IMG/VR virus record: IMGVR_UViG_3300042398_000969
Span: 64,001 to 128,000 of that record
Source of the DNA: a virus
DNA: 64,000 bases
Strand: one strand, 5' to 3'
The notes beneath the pieces were generated by a model, which was given only the letters and a program-made list of their open reading frames with translations, had not been told where the DNA came from and made no database searches. Each line of letters starts with the position of its first letter. Positions within the stretch are counted from its first letter, which is position 1. The position numbers were made by a program, and so were the translations under genes. Positions 40,552-49,084 of the stretch are shown piece by piece.

Positions 40552-40971
40552 TTATTTAAGTAATAACATTGATGTTGCTATAACACCAACAAATGAACCA
40601 ATCTTATACAAAAAAGTCTTTCTTCTTTGCCCCTTCAACTCTTTTAATAAGCCGTCAGATTTAGCCCTTTCTAAAGAAAATTGTTCGTCTTTCTTTGAAA
40701 TGATAAGTTCTAGATTACTTATTTTTTGATCTTTTAAGGTGTCTTTTTGTTTAAATAGATTAATTTGATCGTCTTTTAAACTGATTACTTTTTTCAATTC
40801 AGCGATTTCTAGCTTAGCACCATCATAACGAAGTAGATCTTGGTATACTAATCTAGCAACTCTTGTTGATAAGACCACCTTAGTTGTATCTTGCTTATTT
40901 AGAGTATCTGTCTGTGAATAACTGCTCAAGCTCAGTGTTACCAATAGTGTTAACAATATTAACTTTTTCAT
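40552..40971 (-). CDS. Signal peptide + coiled coil + C-terminal TM (spanin-like)
   Basis: MKKLILLTLLVTLSLSSYSQ; overlaps upstream gene by 77 nt. Confidence 0.5.
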   Translation of the reverse strand: MKKLILLTLLVTLSLSSYSQTDTLNKQDTTKVVLSTRVARLVYQDLLRYDGAKLEIAELKKVISLKDDQINLFKQKDTLKDQKISNLELIISKKDEQFSLERAKSDGLLKELKGQRRKTFLYKIGSFVGVIATSMLLLK

Positions 40972-41233
40972 CTGTTTCGTTTTTAATTAAGGTTATGTTT
41001 TTAGTCACGTTATTGATGTTTGCATCAACTTTATTAATGTCTTTATCAATTGTAACAATTTGTTCGGTTAATTTTTCATTAATTACCTGAACAGAATCAA
41101 TCTCATTTTGGATTGAATCAATTTTAGCATTATAGCCGGCCACATCGGTTTTGATACCACTTCCTTGGAAAATGCTATAAGCCGCTAAACAAGCTATTAA
41201 AACTAGTAAAATGTTGGTTTTATTAATTTTCAT
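40895..41233 (-). CDS. TM-anchored coiled-coil protein (i-spanin-like)
   Basis: N-terminal TM then heptad pattern; upstream TATTTATA. Confidence 0.5.
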   Translation of the reverse strand: MKINKTNILLVLIACLAAYSIFQGSGIKTDVAGYNAKIDSIQNEIDSVQVINEKLTEQIVTIDKDINKVDANINNVTKNITLIKNETDEKVNIVNTIGNTELEQLFTDRYSK

Positions 41234-41249
41234 CTTTATGTTTTACTAT

Positions 41250-41279
41250 AAATACAAACGGGGTACAAAAAGTACCCCG
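41250..41279 (-). terminator. Intrinsic terminator hairpin
   Basis: 8-bp stem CGGGGTAC/GTACCCCG (41259-41279) followed by TTTGTATTT. Confidence 0.65.
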
Positions 41280-41307
41280 AATGCCTGACCTTGTGATTAG
41301 TTTATTG

Positions 41308-42153
41308 TTAAAATTTGGTTCCGCAATGTGGACAGAACTTATGTGTGTCTTTCTTTCTTTTGCTACCACACTCTGCGCAATATGTGACCAAATCCTCCCT
41401 AGTTTTCAATTTAGTTGATTCTGGCTTGATTTTCCACCAATTAGTGGTTGATGGCCAAGTATTAAATGAAGTGTTGTCATATGTAAAGGATTGACCAGAA
41501 ACCGAACCTTTTTCTACTCTACCAGTTTCGAGACTTTTTTTACCTATTGGTTCATTGTATAAACCTTTATTTTTAATATCCCTTAAGATTGAATTAGTAT
41601 TTATACCACTTGTATATGTTGCGTTATTGTAAAACGCGGTACCAGTACTTGTTGTGGTAAAAGTCCCGTGAGTTGGTATTGATGTACCGCCTAAGGTATT
41701 ATGCGTTGTGTATGTATATGGTGAACCTGTATTTATCCAAGCTGGATTACTAATTGTTAGTGTAGAACTACCGCTTAAATAAGTTGGTGTAACAATTTCA
41801 TTATAAAACTTTACTGTTACATCGCCATTATTGGCAATAGCTTGTTGTACTTCTTCAGTATCACCATTTACTGCGTATGTTTCAAACAAAAACTTCTTTG
41901 CCTCGTCAAGATACCTTTCGAGGAAAACACGTTCACCTGGACGAAGTATAATACCATTACCAATGGAATTACCATTCATCTCGATTTTTGCTAAAACTTT
42001 ATTTTGTGTGGGATTGTAAAGTTCGATTTCGAACTCATCACCGTTATTAAGATAAACGGTATCAACGTGCTGTTTTAATCTTTTTTTACTTTTAGTAATG
42101 AAAGATTGTGGTACAGCGAAACCAGTTGTGTTAACTGAAATTCTTCTGTTCAT
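41308..42153 (-). CDS. Hypothetical protein with C-terminal zinc ribbon
   Basis: CAECG...FCPHCG at C-terminus; Thr-rich central linker. Confidence 0.8.
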   Translation of the reverse strand: MNRRISVNTTGFAVPQSFITKSKKRLKQHVDTVYLNNGDEFEIELYNPTQNKVLAKIEMNGNSIGNGIILRPGERVFLERYLDEAKKFLFETYAVNGDTEEVQQAIANNGDVTVKFYNEIVTPTYLSGSSTLTISNPAWINTGSPYTYTTHNTLGGTSIPTHGTFTTTSTGTAFYNNATYTSGINTNSILRDIKNKGLYNEPIGKKSLETGRVEKGSVSGQSFTYDNTSFNTWPSTTNWWKIKPESTKLKTREDLVTYCAECGSKRKKDTHKFCPHCGTKF

Positions 42154-42169
42154 TTTTCCTTATATTTTT

Positions 42170-42250
42170 TTTGTATTTGAACCCGAATTCGTTGGTATCA
42201 ATTCCAACTCAAATGCCTCAAGGACACTTCGACTTCAACCACAAGGTCTA
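42170..42250 (-). promoter_or_regulatory. Structured 5' leader RNA candidate
   Basis: GC-enriched leader with stems GTTGG/CCAAC and ATTTGA/TCAAAT; complementary to the same gene's 3' UTR. Confidence 0.5.
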
Positions 42251-42271
42251 TTATAAGTATATGTAAATTAA

Positions 42272-42301
42272 TAAAAAAAGGGAAGCCTAAAAGACTTCCC
42301 T
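42272..42301 (-). terminator. Intrinsic terminator after clpP
   Basis: GGGAAG/CTTCCC stem followed by T7. Confidence 0.8.
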
Positions 42302-42327
42302 CCACACACAAAAATGGACACACAAAA

Positions 42328-42999
42328 CTATTTCTTTTTAACTATCTCATCAATGATACCATAAGCTAGAGCATCGTCTGCTGATAACCATAAGTCTCTA
42401 GATGCATCTTGTTTTACTTGTTCTCCAGATTTACCACAATATTCACCCAATAAGTCAAATAAAATATTATTTAACTTCTCCCACTCAATCATATCAATCT
42501 TAGCGTCTTGAATGTTACCTCTAAATCCACCAGAAGATTGGTGTAACATAGTTCTTGAGAATCTCAATGATCCACGTTTACCTTTCGTTCCTGCACCCAA
42601 CAAGATTGAACCCATAGATGCTGCCATACCTGTATTAATAGTTCTAATATCAGACTTAATATATGCCATAACATCAACCATAGATAAACCAGATTTAACT
42701 GATCCGCCAGGACTATCAATATGCATTGTAATATCATTATTATCTAAACTATCCAAGAACATTAACTGAGCTTGTACAACAGTTGACATGTGATCATTAA
42801 CTTCTCCAGCAACCCAAATGATTCTTTCCATCATTAATCTACTGAATACATCCATCACCGTTACATTTAAACTTCTTTCTTCAAGAATGTATGGTGTTAA
42901 ACTGCTTTCAATACTTTTATTGAAATTGTGGATGTTTAAGGAGCTTACTCCAAAGTCTTTTGCGTAAAGACCGAAATCTTTGTAATCTTTAGGTGTCAT
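42328..42999 (-). CDS. clpP: ATP-dependent Clp protease proteolytic subunit
   Basis: DVFSRLM.ERII, IDSPGG, GMAASMG (Ser), MLHQ (His), RD.W (Asp); ATG 42999 follows TATATTTG box. Confidence 0.93.
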   Translation of the reverse strand: MTPKDYKDFGLYAKDFGVSSLNIHNFNKSIESSLTPYILEERSLNVTVMDVFSRLMMERIIWVAGEVNDHMSTVVQAQLMFLDSLDNNDITMHIDSPGGSVKSGLSMVDVMAYIKSDIRTINTGMAASMGSILLGAGTKGKRGSLRFSRTMLHQSSGGFRGNIQDAKIDMIEWEKLNNILFDLLGEYCGKSGEQVKQDASRDLWLSADDALAYGIIDEIVKKK

Positions 43000-43041
43000 A
43001 TCTATTAATTGTTTAAGCAAATATAATTAATGTTTTCCAAA

Positions 43042-45378
43042 TTAAGAAATTTTGGTAGAAATGTAATCGATTGAAGACACGTTTTCCTCTTTTTTAATCA
43101 TGATAAGGTTATCGGACCAGTTCCTAATCAATGGGTTATGCGAAATTACGAAAATATGTTCAAAATAATTTTTAATTTTCTTAAAGAACTCACCAACCAT
43201 CTCTAGGTTCTCATCAGCAACTTTACCAAATACCTCGTCCATTACAACTATGTTTGGTTTAGGTAGTGAAGATACTTTTGTTAATACACTTCTCAATGCT
43301 AAAGATGAAATTGTTCTTTCATAACCAGATCCAGCATTTAATGGTTTAATAACTCTGGTTTCAGAATCAATCATGATAAATTCTAATTCGTTCTTATCAT
43401 TAATGTTTAATTCTAAAATAAAATAACAGCTTTCTGATAGTAATCGACTCAATTCCTGATTGATTAGTGGTATCATGTTTTTTAATATCGTTTTTGATAT
43501 ACCATTTTTACCATAAACCAATAGGTATGTTTTAAACACTCCCTGTAGTTCTTCCTCGGCTTTAATTTTAGAAATTAAATCATTAGCGGTACCAATCTTT
43601 TCTTCCATTGAGGTGATATTGTTTTTGTTTCTCTCAATAGTTGTGTCAGATATTCTAATGTCAGCGTTTATTGTTTCTATTTTTGTTTTTAAAGTAACCA
43701 TCTCATTGTGAATCTTTTGGTTATCTTCAAGTTTCTTTCTGTTAGCTTCGTAGTTGTCTAACTTTTGCTGCTTAGTGTTGATCTCAAGTTGTTTTTGTTC
43801 AACCTCCAACTCGTATCTTTCTTTACGAAGTTTGTTTCTCTCGTAATTATCAAATTCTGTCTTCAGGGCCTCAAAAGATTCGGACTCTTTTCTTAAAGTT
43901 TCCAATTCTTTATCACAATTTTCTCTATCTTTTTCAATTTGTTCAATTTCTTTCTTTGTCTCTTCAATCTCATCTGTATGATCAACCTCATCTAAGGGTC
44001 TATTACACTTAGGACATATCTTACCCTCTTCTAATAGCTTAATATGTTTTTCTTTTTCTGTTTTCTCTCTCTCACCTAAACGATTCTCCATAACCAACTG
44101 ATTGATTTTCTCTTTCAATTGTCCGTGTTCTTCTTCAAGATAATAACGTGATGGCTCTATAACTGAAATACCGTCAGCATTTTGTTGACTTGCTTGTTTT
44201 TGTAATTTTAAGCCAGCAATATCTTTTTCTAATGTTGTTGGATTAGTTCTTATTAGTTCTTGATCAATATCATTAGATCTTAAACCTAATATTAATTCTT
44301 TTCTATCCTCAAATTCTTTAAGTGAGATTTTATATTCACCTAATAACCTAGTATGATTTGTTATTTCACCCTTAGAGTTTGTAATTGCATTACCATAAGA
44401 CTCTATATCGATTTGTAGCTGTGCAATGTTGTGACTATTACTGATTAATTTCTTAGCCCAATCATTGTAGATGTTTCTACATACTTCTTCCTTTTGCTTT
44501 AATGATTCTAAGCCCAAAAATTTAGTCAATATTTGACCTCTAGCTGTTGGTTTAGATTCAATCAACTCTTCTAAGTTGTAACCTGTTGTAAGAATTGTTG
44601 ATAAGAAATCTTCTTCGGTACCAATAGCTGACGCAATAAAGGTTTCTGTTTCTCTTCTTTGTTCTCCAGTTAAATTTTCTAATTCCCCATCAGCTTTTTC
44701 TTTATAGAATTCTAATTCACTCTTAACTGTATAGTCACCAGATCTTCCTTTCTTTCTAGTTAATGTTCTTACAATAACATATTCTTCACCATCAATTGTG
44801 ATGTATCCTTTAACAGATACTGTATCAACATCAGTAAACTTGTTAAAGATTTCAGCATTTGTTTTTGTCTTTGTTGTTGAATTAAAAAACAAAAACATTA
44901 ATAGGTCAACACTAGATGTTGACTTACCACCAAAGTTTCTTGGATTGGATTCAATTACAGTAATCCCATCCAGACTTGTAAAATCAATAGTATTATTATC
45001 ACCAAATGAAAGAAAATTGGAGAATTCAACCTTCTTAATAAACCACTTATTATACCTGACTTTATTTTCATTTTCTTTATTGATTTCGGTGTTAACACGA
45101 TTGTCTAATCTATCAACTAATTCCCACTTAATTTGAACATCATTCTCTGTTAAGAAATCTTTCATTAATTTCTTTTGAAATTGATTGTCCAATATATTAT
45201 CACTAACCTCTAGAGTTTTAAGTCTAGTGTCCTGCTTTTGGCTTAACGTCTTGGTGATTACTTGAACATGTGTTGTGTTATACTTTGTTTGAAAGTATGT
45301 TTTAACACGTTTGATACGTTCTGGGGTAAAGTTTTCTGCAACGTCTTCCCACTCTACTTTTATAAAAGGATTGTTCAT
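43042..45378 (-). CDS. sbcC: Rad50/SbcC-like ATPase (gp46-like)
   Basis: NFLSFG, Walker A GGKST, coiled coils, CPKC hook, SGYE signature, MDEVFG, ISH. Confidence 0.88.
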   Translation of the reverse strand: MNNPFIKVEWEDVAENFTPERIKRVKTYFQTKYNTTHVQVITKTLSQKQDTRLKTLEVSDNILDNQFQKKLMKDFLTENDVQIKWELVDRLDNRVNTEINKENENKVRYNKWFIKKVEFSNFLSFGDNNTIDFTSLDGITVIESNPRNFGGKSTSSVDLLMFLFFNSTTKTKTNAEIFNKFTDVDTVSVKGYITIDGEEYVIVRTLTRKKGRSGDYTVKSELEFYKEKADGELENLTGEQRRETETFIASAIGTEEDFLSTILTTGYNLEELIESKPTARGQILTKFLGLESLKQKEEVCRNIYNDWAKKLISNSHNIAQLQIDIESYGNAITNSKGEITNHTRLLGEYKISLKEFEDRKELILGLRSNDIDQELIRTNPTTLEKDIAGLKLQKQASQQNADGISVIEPSRYYLEEEHGQLKEKINQLVMENRLGEREKTEKEKHIKLLEEGKICPKCNRPLDEVDHTDEIEETKKEIEQIEKDRENCDKELETLRKESESFEALKTEFDNYERNKLRKERYELEVEQKQLEINTKQQKLDNYEANRKKLEDNQKIHNEMVTLKTKIETINADIRISDTTIERNKNNITSMEEKIGTANDLISKIKAEEELQGVFKTYLLVYGKNGISKTILKNMIPLINQELSRLLSESCYFILELNINDKNELEFIMIDSETRVIKPLNAGSGYERTISSLALRSVLTKVSSLPKPNIVVMDEVFGKVADENLEMVGEFFKKIKNYFEHIFVISHNPLIRNWSDNLIMIKKEENVSSIDYISTKIS

Positions 45379-45415
45379 GTATTAAAATTACATTATTAAA
45401 ATTAAAAAACAAAAA

Positions 45416-45730
45416 TTACTTGATTCTGGATTCTTCAAAGAATTCCACGATACCATTAATAGCCCATACCATACCACAGGTTGCCATACCATCGAAAAAT
45501 ATCGAGAATAACCAGTTGGTATCTAATATTCTACTAGCTAGTCCACCCAAAACGATAGACATAAAAAAACCAACCCAAGTTGATGTACACATCATACATC
45601 CAATTAGATCACCGAAAAACTTTGAGTTTCTCTTTATCCAAGCTCTTGGCTTGTCAAAAATTGAACCGTAAACCAAAATGGTGGTCATACCGTATCCAAT
45701 AAACGCCCATAATACTACAATACTAATCAT
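45416..45730 (-). CDS. DUF1360-like membrane protein
   Basis: GDLIGCMMCTSTWVG plus TM helices. Confidence 0.6.
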   Translation of the reverse strand: MISIVVLWAFIGYGMTTILVYGSIFDKPRAWIKRNSKFFGDLIGCMMCTSTWVGFFMSIVLGGLASRILDTNWLFSIFFDGMATCGMVWAINGIVEFFEESRIK

Positions 45731-45741
45731 ATATTTAATTT

Positions 45742-46236
45742 TTATTCTTCGTACAAATTATTGAGATCACTTCCTTTAAGATATCTTGCTTTATTCATTT
45801 TTTCAAGAGATTCTGTGATCTTGTTTAACTCGTCTTTTAATTTTTTATTTTCTTCTTTTAGTAATTTATTTTCAGCATCGTCGCTAACGATCTTTTCAAC
45901 TATAACCTCTTTTATAACTTCTTTTGTTATTACCTGAGTTTCGCCTTTTATCTCAACCGGTACCTCTTTTATTACTTCAACAATCTTTTCAACAGGAACT
46001 TCTTTTATTATTTCAACAATTTTCTCCACCTCGATAATTTTTTCAATTTCCTTGATGACTTCTTTTTCAATAATAGTTTCTTTCCCTTTTGATGCAACTG
46101 GTGTTTCACCAAATTTAAGAATTGTGAAACCTCGCTGAAATGTTTTTTTAGCTAGGCCCTCAATATCTACAATTTTATTTAATTCACAATATCTGGTGAA
46201 TTCATCATCCAGCATTAATGATTGTTTCTTTTTCAT
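45742..46236 (-). CDS. Hypothetical protein with EVIKEVPVEK charged repeats and coiled coil
   Basis: Repeated KEVIKE/EVPVEK motifs. Confidence 0.7.
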   Translation of the reverse strand: MKKKQSLMLDDEFTRYCELNKIVDIEGLAKKTFQRGFTILKFGETPVASKGKETIIEKEVIKEIEKIIEVEKIVEIIKEVPVEKIVEVIKEVPVEIKGETQVITKEVIKEVIVEKIVSDDAENKLLKEENKKLKDELNKITESLEKMNKARYLKGSDLNNLYEE

Positions 46237-47023
46237 CTTCTATGTCTTTTATATCTGATATGCTAAAGTGCATAAAAGGTTTTTCATTTTGCAAATCAAA
46301 AAATTGATAATCATTATTATCAACGTCATATACACCGTACCCATGATGTTTTATTGTTTCACCAAAATTCTGTTGAATTAATGACCCAATCATTACAGCT
46401 AATCCACCGCCAGGTAATTTAAATGTTTGTCTCTTATGAATGTCACCACATAGTAATAAATCCAAACCAACAAAGTTTAAACGGTCATAACCATCTTCAA
46501 ATTTAAACCCAAGATCAGTTGACATTCCTTGAATTGCGCCATGGAATAAACCAACATTTAGTTTATCTTCTGTGTTCTTAAACTCTGGTCTCTGGTTATG
46601 TTGGTACAATGAATATACCACCCAATTAACGTTTTCATCCGGATACACACCCATATCTTTATAATAAACAATATTATCATTGTCTAGTAATTCAACAACA
46701 GGTGTGATACTATCTAGTCTTTGAGTATTATTCTCTAAGAAGTCATGATTACCAGGAATGATAACAACCTTACCATATGAAGTTAATTCTCTTAAGAACC
46801 AACTAGTTAAAAGAAGTTGTTCATTCGAGATATTAATCTTTTGATGTGCGATGTCACCCGCAATAACAATTCTAATTTCGTTGTGCGATATACCCTCATC
46901 TGTCCATTCTAAAAATTTAGCTCCAATTTCTTTTAACAATTTTTCAAACTGTTCTTTATACAAATCATGTAACTGAATTGTACGAATGTGGAGATCAGCA
47001 ATGTGTATTATTTTCTTTATCAT
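46205..47023 (-). CDS. sbcD: Mre11/SbcD-like metallophosphoesterase (gp47-like)
   Basis: ADLH, AGD, PGNHD, HG, GDIH motifs. Confidence 0.88.
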   Translation of the reverse strand: MIKKIIHIADLHIRTIQLHDLYKEQFEKLLKEIGAKFLEWTDEGISHNEIRIVIAGDIAHQKINISNEQLLLTSWFLRELTSYGKVVIIPGNHDFLENNTQRLDSITPVVELLDNDNIVYYKDMGVYPDENVNWVVYSLYQHNQRPEFKNTEDKLNVGLFHGAIQGMSTDLGFKFEDGYDRLNFVGLDLLLCGDIHKRQTFKLPGGGLAVMIGSLIQQNFGETIKHHGYGVYDVDNNDYQFFDLQNEKPFMHFSISDIKDIEDEKETIINAG

Positions 47024-47787
47024 TATGCACCATATTTAAACATGTCCTCAATTTCTTTACGCATATCTTGGCACTTGAATACCTTGTATGTATCGTTTCC
47101 TTCAAAGAACCAAACAAAATATAAGTCACCAACTTTAAGGTTAGTATTTTTTTCGATAATGTATTTGTAAAGACTTGTCTGTAAACTATACGAGTTAAAC
47201 TCACACTCTTCTAAATGTGAAATTGGTCTTTTAAATCTATTACCAAATGCACTCTTTGTGTTGATCGCTTTATTTGTTTTCCAATCCCATATCTGCAATT
47301 GATTTGTTTTCTTATTCCAGAATATTTGGTCAATCATTCCACAGATACCTAACTCAGCATCACCAATAACAAACTCATTTTTGATTGGTACTAAATTAGC
47401 TTTACTGTCATTATAGAACTGATCAAATAATTTAACACACTTATCATAAGCGGGTTTAACAATATCTTCACCAAATCTATTCAATGCTGGTGCCGAATCA
47501 TACGGGAATATTTTATTGTTCCAATGATTTTCAGCATAGTCATGCACTGCACTACCTTTAATAGTGCTGTAATCTCTTTTGTGATCCCATTCTGCTAACA
47601 CCTCTTCTTTGATAAGACCGTGTTTGTTTGCGTATTTTTCCGCTTGACCATCACTGTCGAATTTGTTTTTAAATTGTCCAATAAATGTTGTAGCTGATGT
47701 TAACAAACGATCACCAATATAATAGTGATGTGGTTCATCATGGTATTTGATGTGATCAAATTTGTTTAATTCTAATAGTAAATCCAT
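47023..47787 (-). CDS. PD-(D/E)XK nuclease
   Basis: GSAVH, GMIDQ...IWDWKT, YSLQ...Y. Confidence 0.82.
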   Translation of the reverse strand: MDLLLELNKFDHIKYHDEPHHYYIGDRLLTSATTFIGQFKNKFDSDGQAEKYANKHGLIKEEVLAEWDHKRDYSTIKGSAVHDYAENHWNNKIFPYDSAPALNRFGEDIVKPAYDKCVKLFDQFYNDSKANLVPIKNEFVIGDAELGICGMIDQIFWNKKTNQLQIWDWKTNKAINTKSAFGNRFKRPISHLEECEFNSYSLQTSLYKYIIEKNTNLKVGDLYFVWFFEGNDTYKVFKCQDMRKEIEDMFKYGA

Positions 47788-47788
47788 G

Positions 47789-48730
47789 TTAATCTAATTG
47801 TATTTTATTTAAGTTTTCAAAATTTCCTTGTAAGTCCGCAATATCTTTATCTTCTGGCATTTTAACAACCCATACTTTAAAAAACAGTTTTCCGTTGTTT
47901 AATTTATGAAATAGTTTTTCAGCATCATTCCACGCATCACCATCTAATACTATAATTAATTCCTTTGCTTTATCATATAACTTAGAATATAAAAATTCAC
48001 TCATTACTTTACCTAATAGTGGTATTGAGTTTGGAACGAATATACTATCAAATGCCCCTTCAACCAAATAGATTGGTTTATCCCAATCAATCAAATATTC
48101 GTTAAAGATAATAATTTCTTTTTGAACATCTGGGTTCTTGTACTTCATTTTAGTTCTAGGTAGATATGATCTAGCAATAAAGTAATTTAACTTGTTCTCG
48201 GCATCATATGATGGTATAATAATTCTATTAGCATAATCACCCTCATATGCAAATCCAATATTATATCTAGTAAGCATCTCGTCAGTTATGTTTCTACTTC
48301 TGATGTAGTTATATGCTTGTTTATAATAATGTGTTAGCTTTAACCCTAGTGATGCTGTTGTAAATGACACAAATTCTTTTGGTAACCCCTTGAGAATCTT
48401 TGGTTTAGGTAATGTTGTATCAACCTCTTCAGGTCTCATTAATTCATAAAAATGAATTTGTTTCTTATTACCATATTTTTTAATAAGTCTGTATAATGTC
48501 CCTCTTGTGTTATGTGTTTCGCTACAAGACCAACATTTGTATACCCCAAGTTTGTAATTAATTTCTAGATTACCCTTACCATCACCCTCGTCTAAACCCT
48601 TGATTTCATGGGAACATACGGGACAATCAAAGGATATTTGTCCCTTACCATCGTTGTGCAGTTTGTAGTCTCCAAGAATGTCTTCAAGGATCTCAATAAT
48701 AGGTTCGAATTCGGTGTCAATTGTTGCCAT
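47789..48730 (-). CDS. DNA primase (Zn finger + TOPRIM)
   Basis: CPVC...CWSC, RIIIP, KYKNP, LVEGAFD, LDGDA. Confidence 0.88.
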   Translation of the reverse strand: MATIDTEFEPIIEILEDILGDYKLHNDGKGQISFDCPVCSHEIKGLDEGDGKGNLEINYKLGVYKCWSCSETHNTRGTLYRLIKKYGNKKQIHFYELMRPEEVDTTLPKPKILKGLPKEFVSFTTASLGLKLTHYYKQAYNYIRSRNITDEMLTRYNIGFAYEGDYANRIIIPSYDAENKLNYFIARSYLPRTKMKYKNPDVQKEIIIFNEYLIDWDKPIYLVEGAFDSIFVPNSIPLLGKVMSEFLYSKLYDKAKELIIVLDGDAWNDAEKLFHKLNNGKLFFKVWVVKMPEDKDIADLQGNFENLNKIQLD

Positions 48731-48757
48731 GGTTTAAATATAGATAAAATATTTGAC

Positions 48758-48791
48758 AAAAAAAAATCCCCAGAGACACCACCCTCTGGGG
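48758..48791 (-). terminator. Intrinsic terminator
   Basis: 8-bp GC-rich stem plus T9. Confidence 0.8.
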
Positions 48792-48834
48792 AACCAACCA
48801 AAATGCAGTTTTTCGCTACATTCCCGCCTACTTA
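48758..48834 (-). ncRNA. Candidate two-hairpin small RNA
   Basis: Own promoter (TTTC-N20-TATATTTA, 48837-48868); hairpin AATGTAG/CTGCATT; terminator CCCCAGAG/CTCTGGGG followed by A-T9. Confidence 0.55.
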
Positions 48835-48860
48835 CTTAAATATAAGTAAATTATTTTTGG

Positions 48861-49064
48861 TTACGAAACATTAGTTGCCATATTTTTTTTCTTTACCTGA
48901 CCAACCGGATAATATGTTGTTTCACCTATTCTAATTGAATCAATTCTGTTACCTGTTTGTGGATTTAATATAATTGATTTCTTATTCACACTAGTATCAT
49001 AGATCACATCTTCTAATACAATTTTACCATCAGTCATTCTTTTAAATGTTTTTTGCTCTGTCAT
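48861..49064 (-). CDS. Small hypothetical protein
   Basis: 67-aa ORF with A-rich leader. Confidence 0.5.
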   Translation of the reverse strand: MTEQKTFKRMTDGKIVLEDVIYDTSVNKKSIILNPQTGNRIDSIRIGETTYYPVGQVKKKNMATNVS

Positions 49065-49084
49065 TTTTTGTTTTTTAAATAAAT

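Noticed and set aside
41287-42248. Flanking inverted repeat as IS/transposon ends
   Set aside because: Enclosed ORF has no DDE/HUH/recombinase motifs, no target-site duplication is evident, and mismatches are G-U compatible on the mRNA
42170-42250. Leader as hammerhead ribozyme, tRNA or known riboswitch
   Set aside because: No CUGAnGA/GAAA core, cloverleaf or aptamer consensus recognisable by eye; kept as an unknown structured RNA
42302-42327. TTTTGTGTGT direct repeat between clpP stop and terminator
   Set aside because: Only two short copies and no further support
47023-47787. Cas4 of a CRISPR system
   Set aside because: Lacks the four-Cys Fe-S arrangement and any CRISPR context; generic phage PD-(D/E)XK nuclease
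48592-48874. ORFs 48592..48801 (-) and 48608..48874 (+)
   Set aside because: They overlap the primase gene and cross a strong terminator, with non-ATG starts
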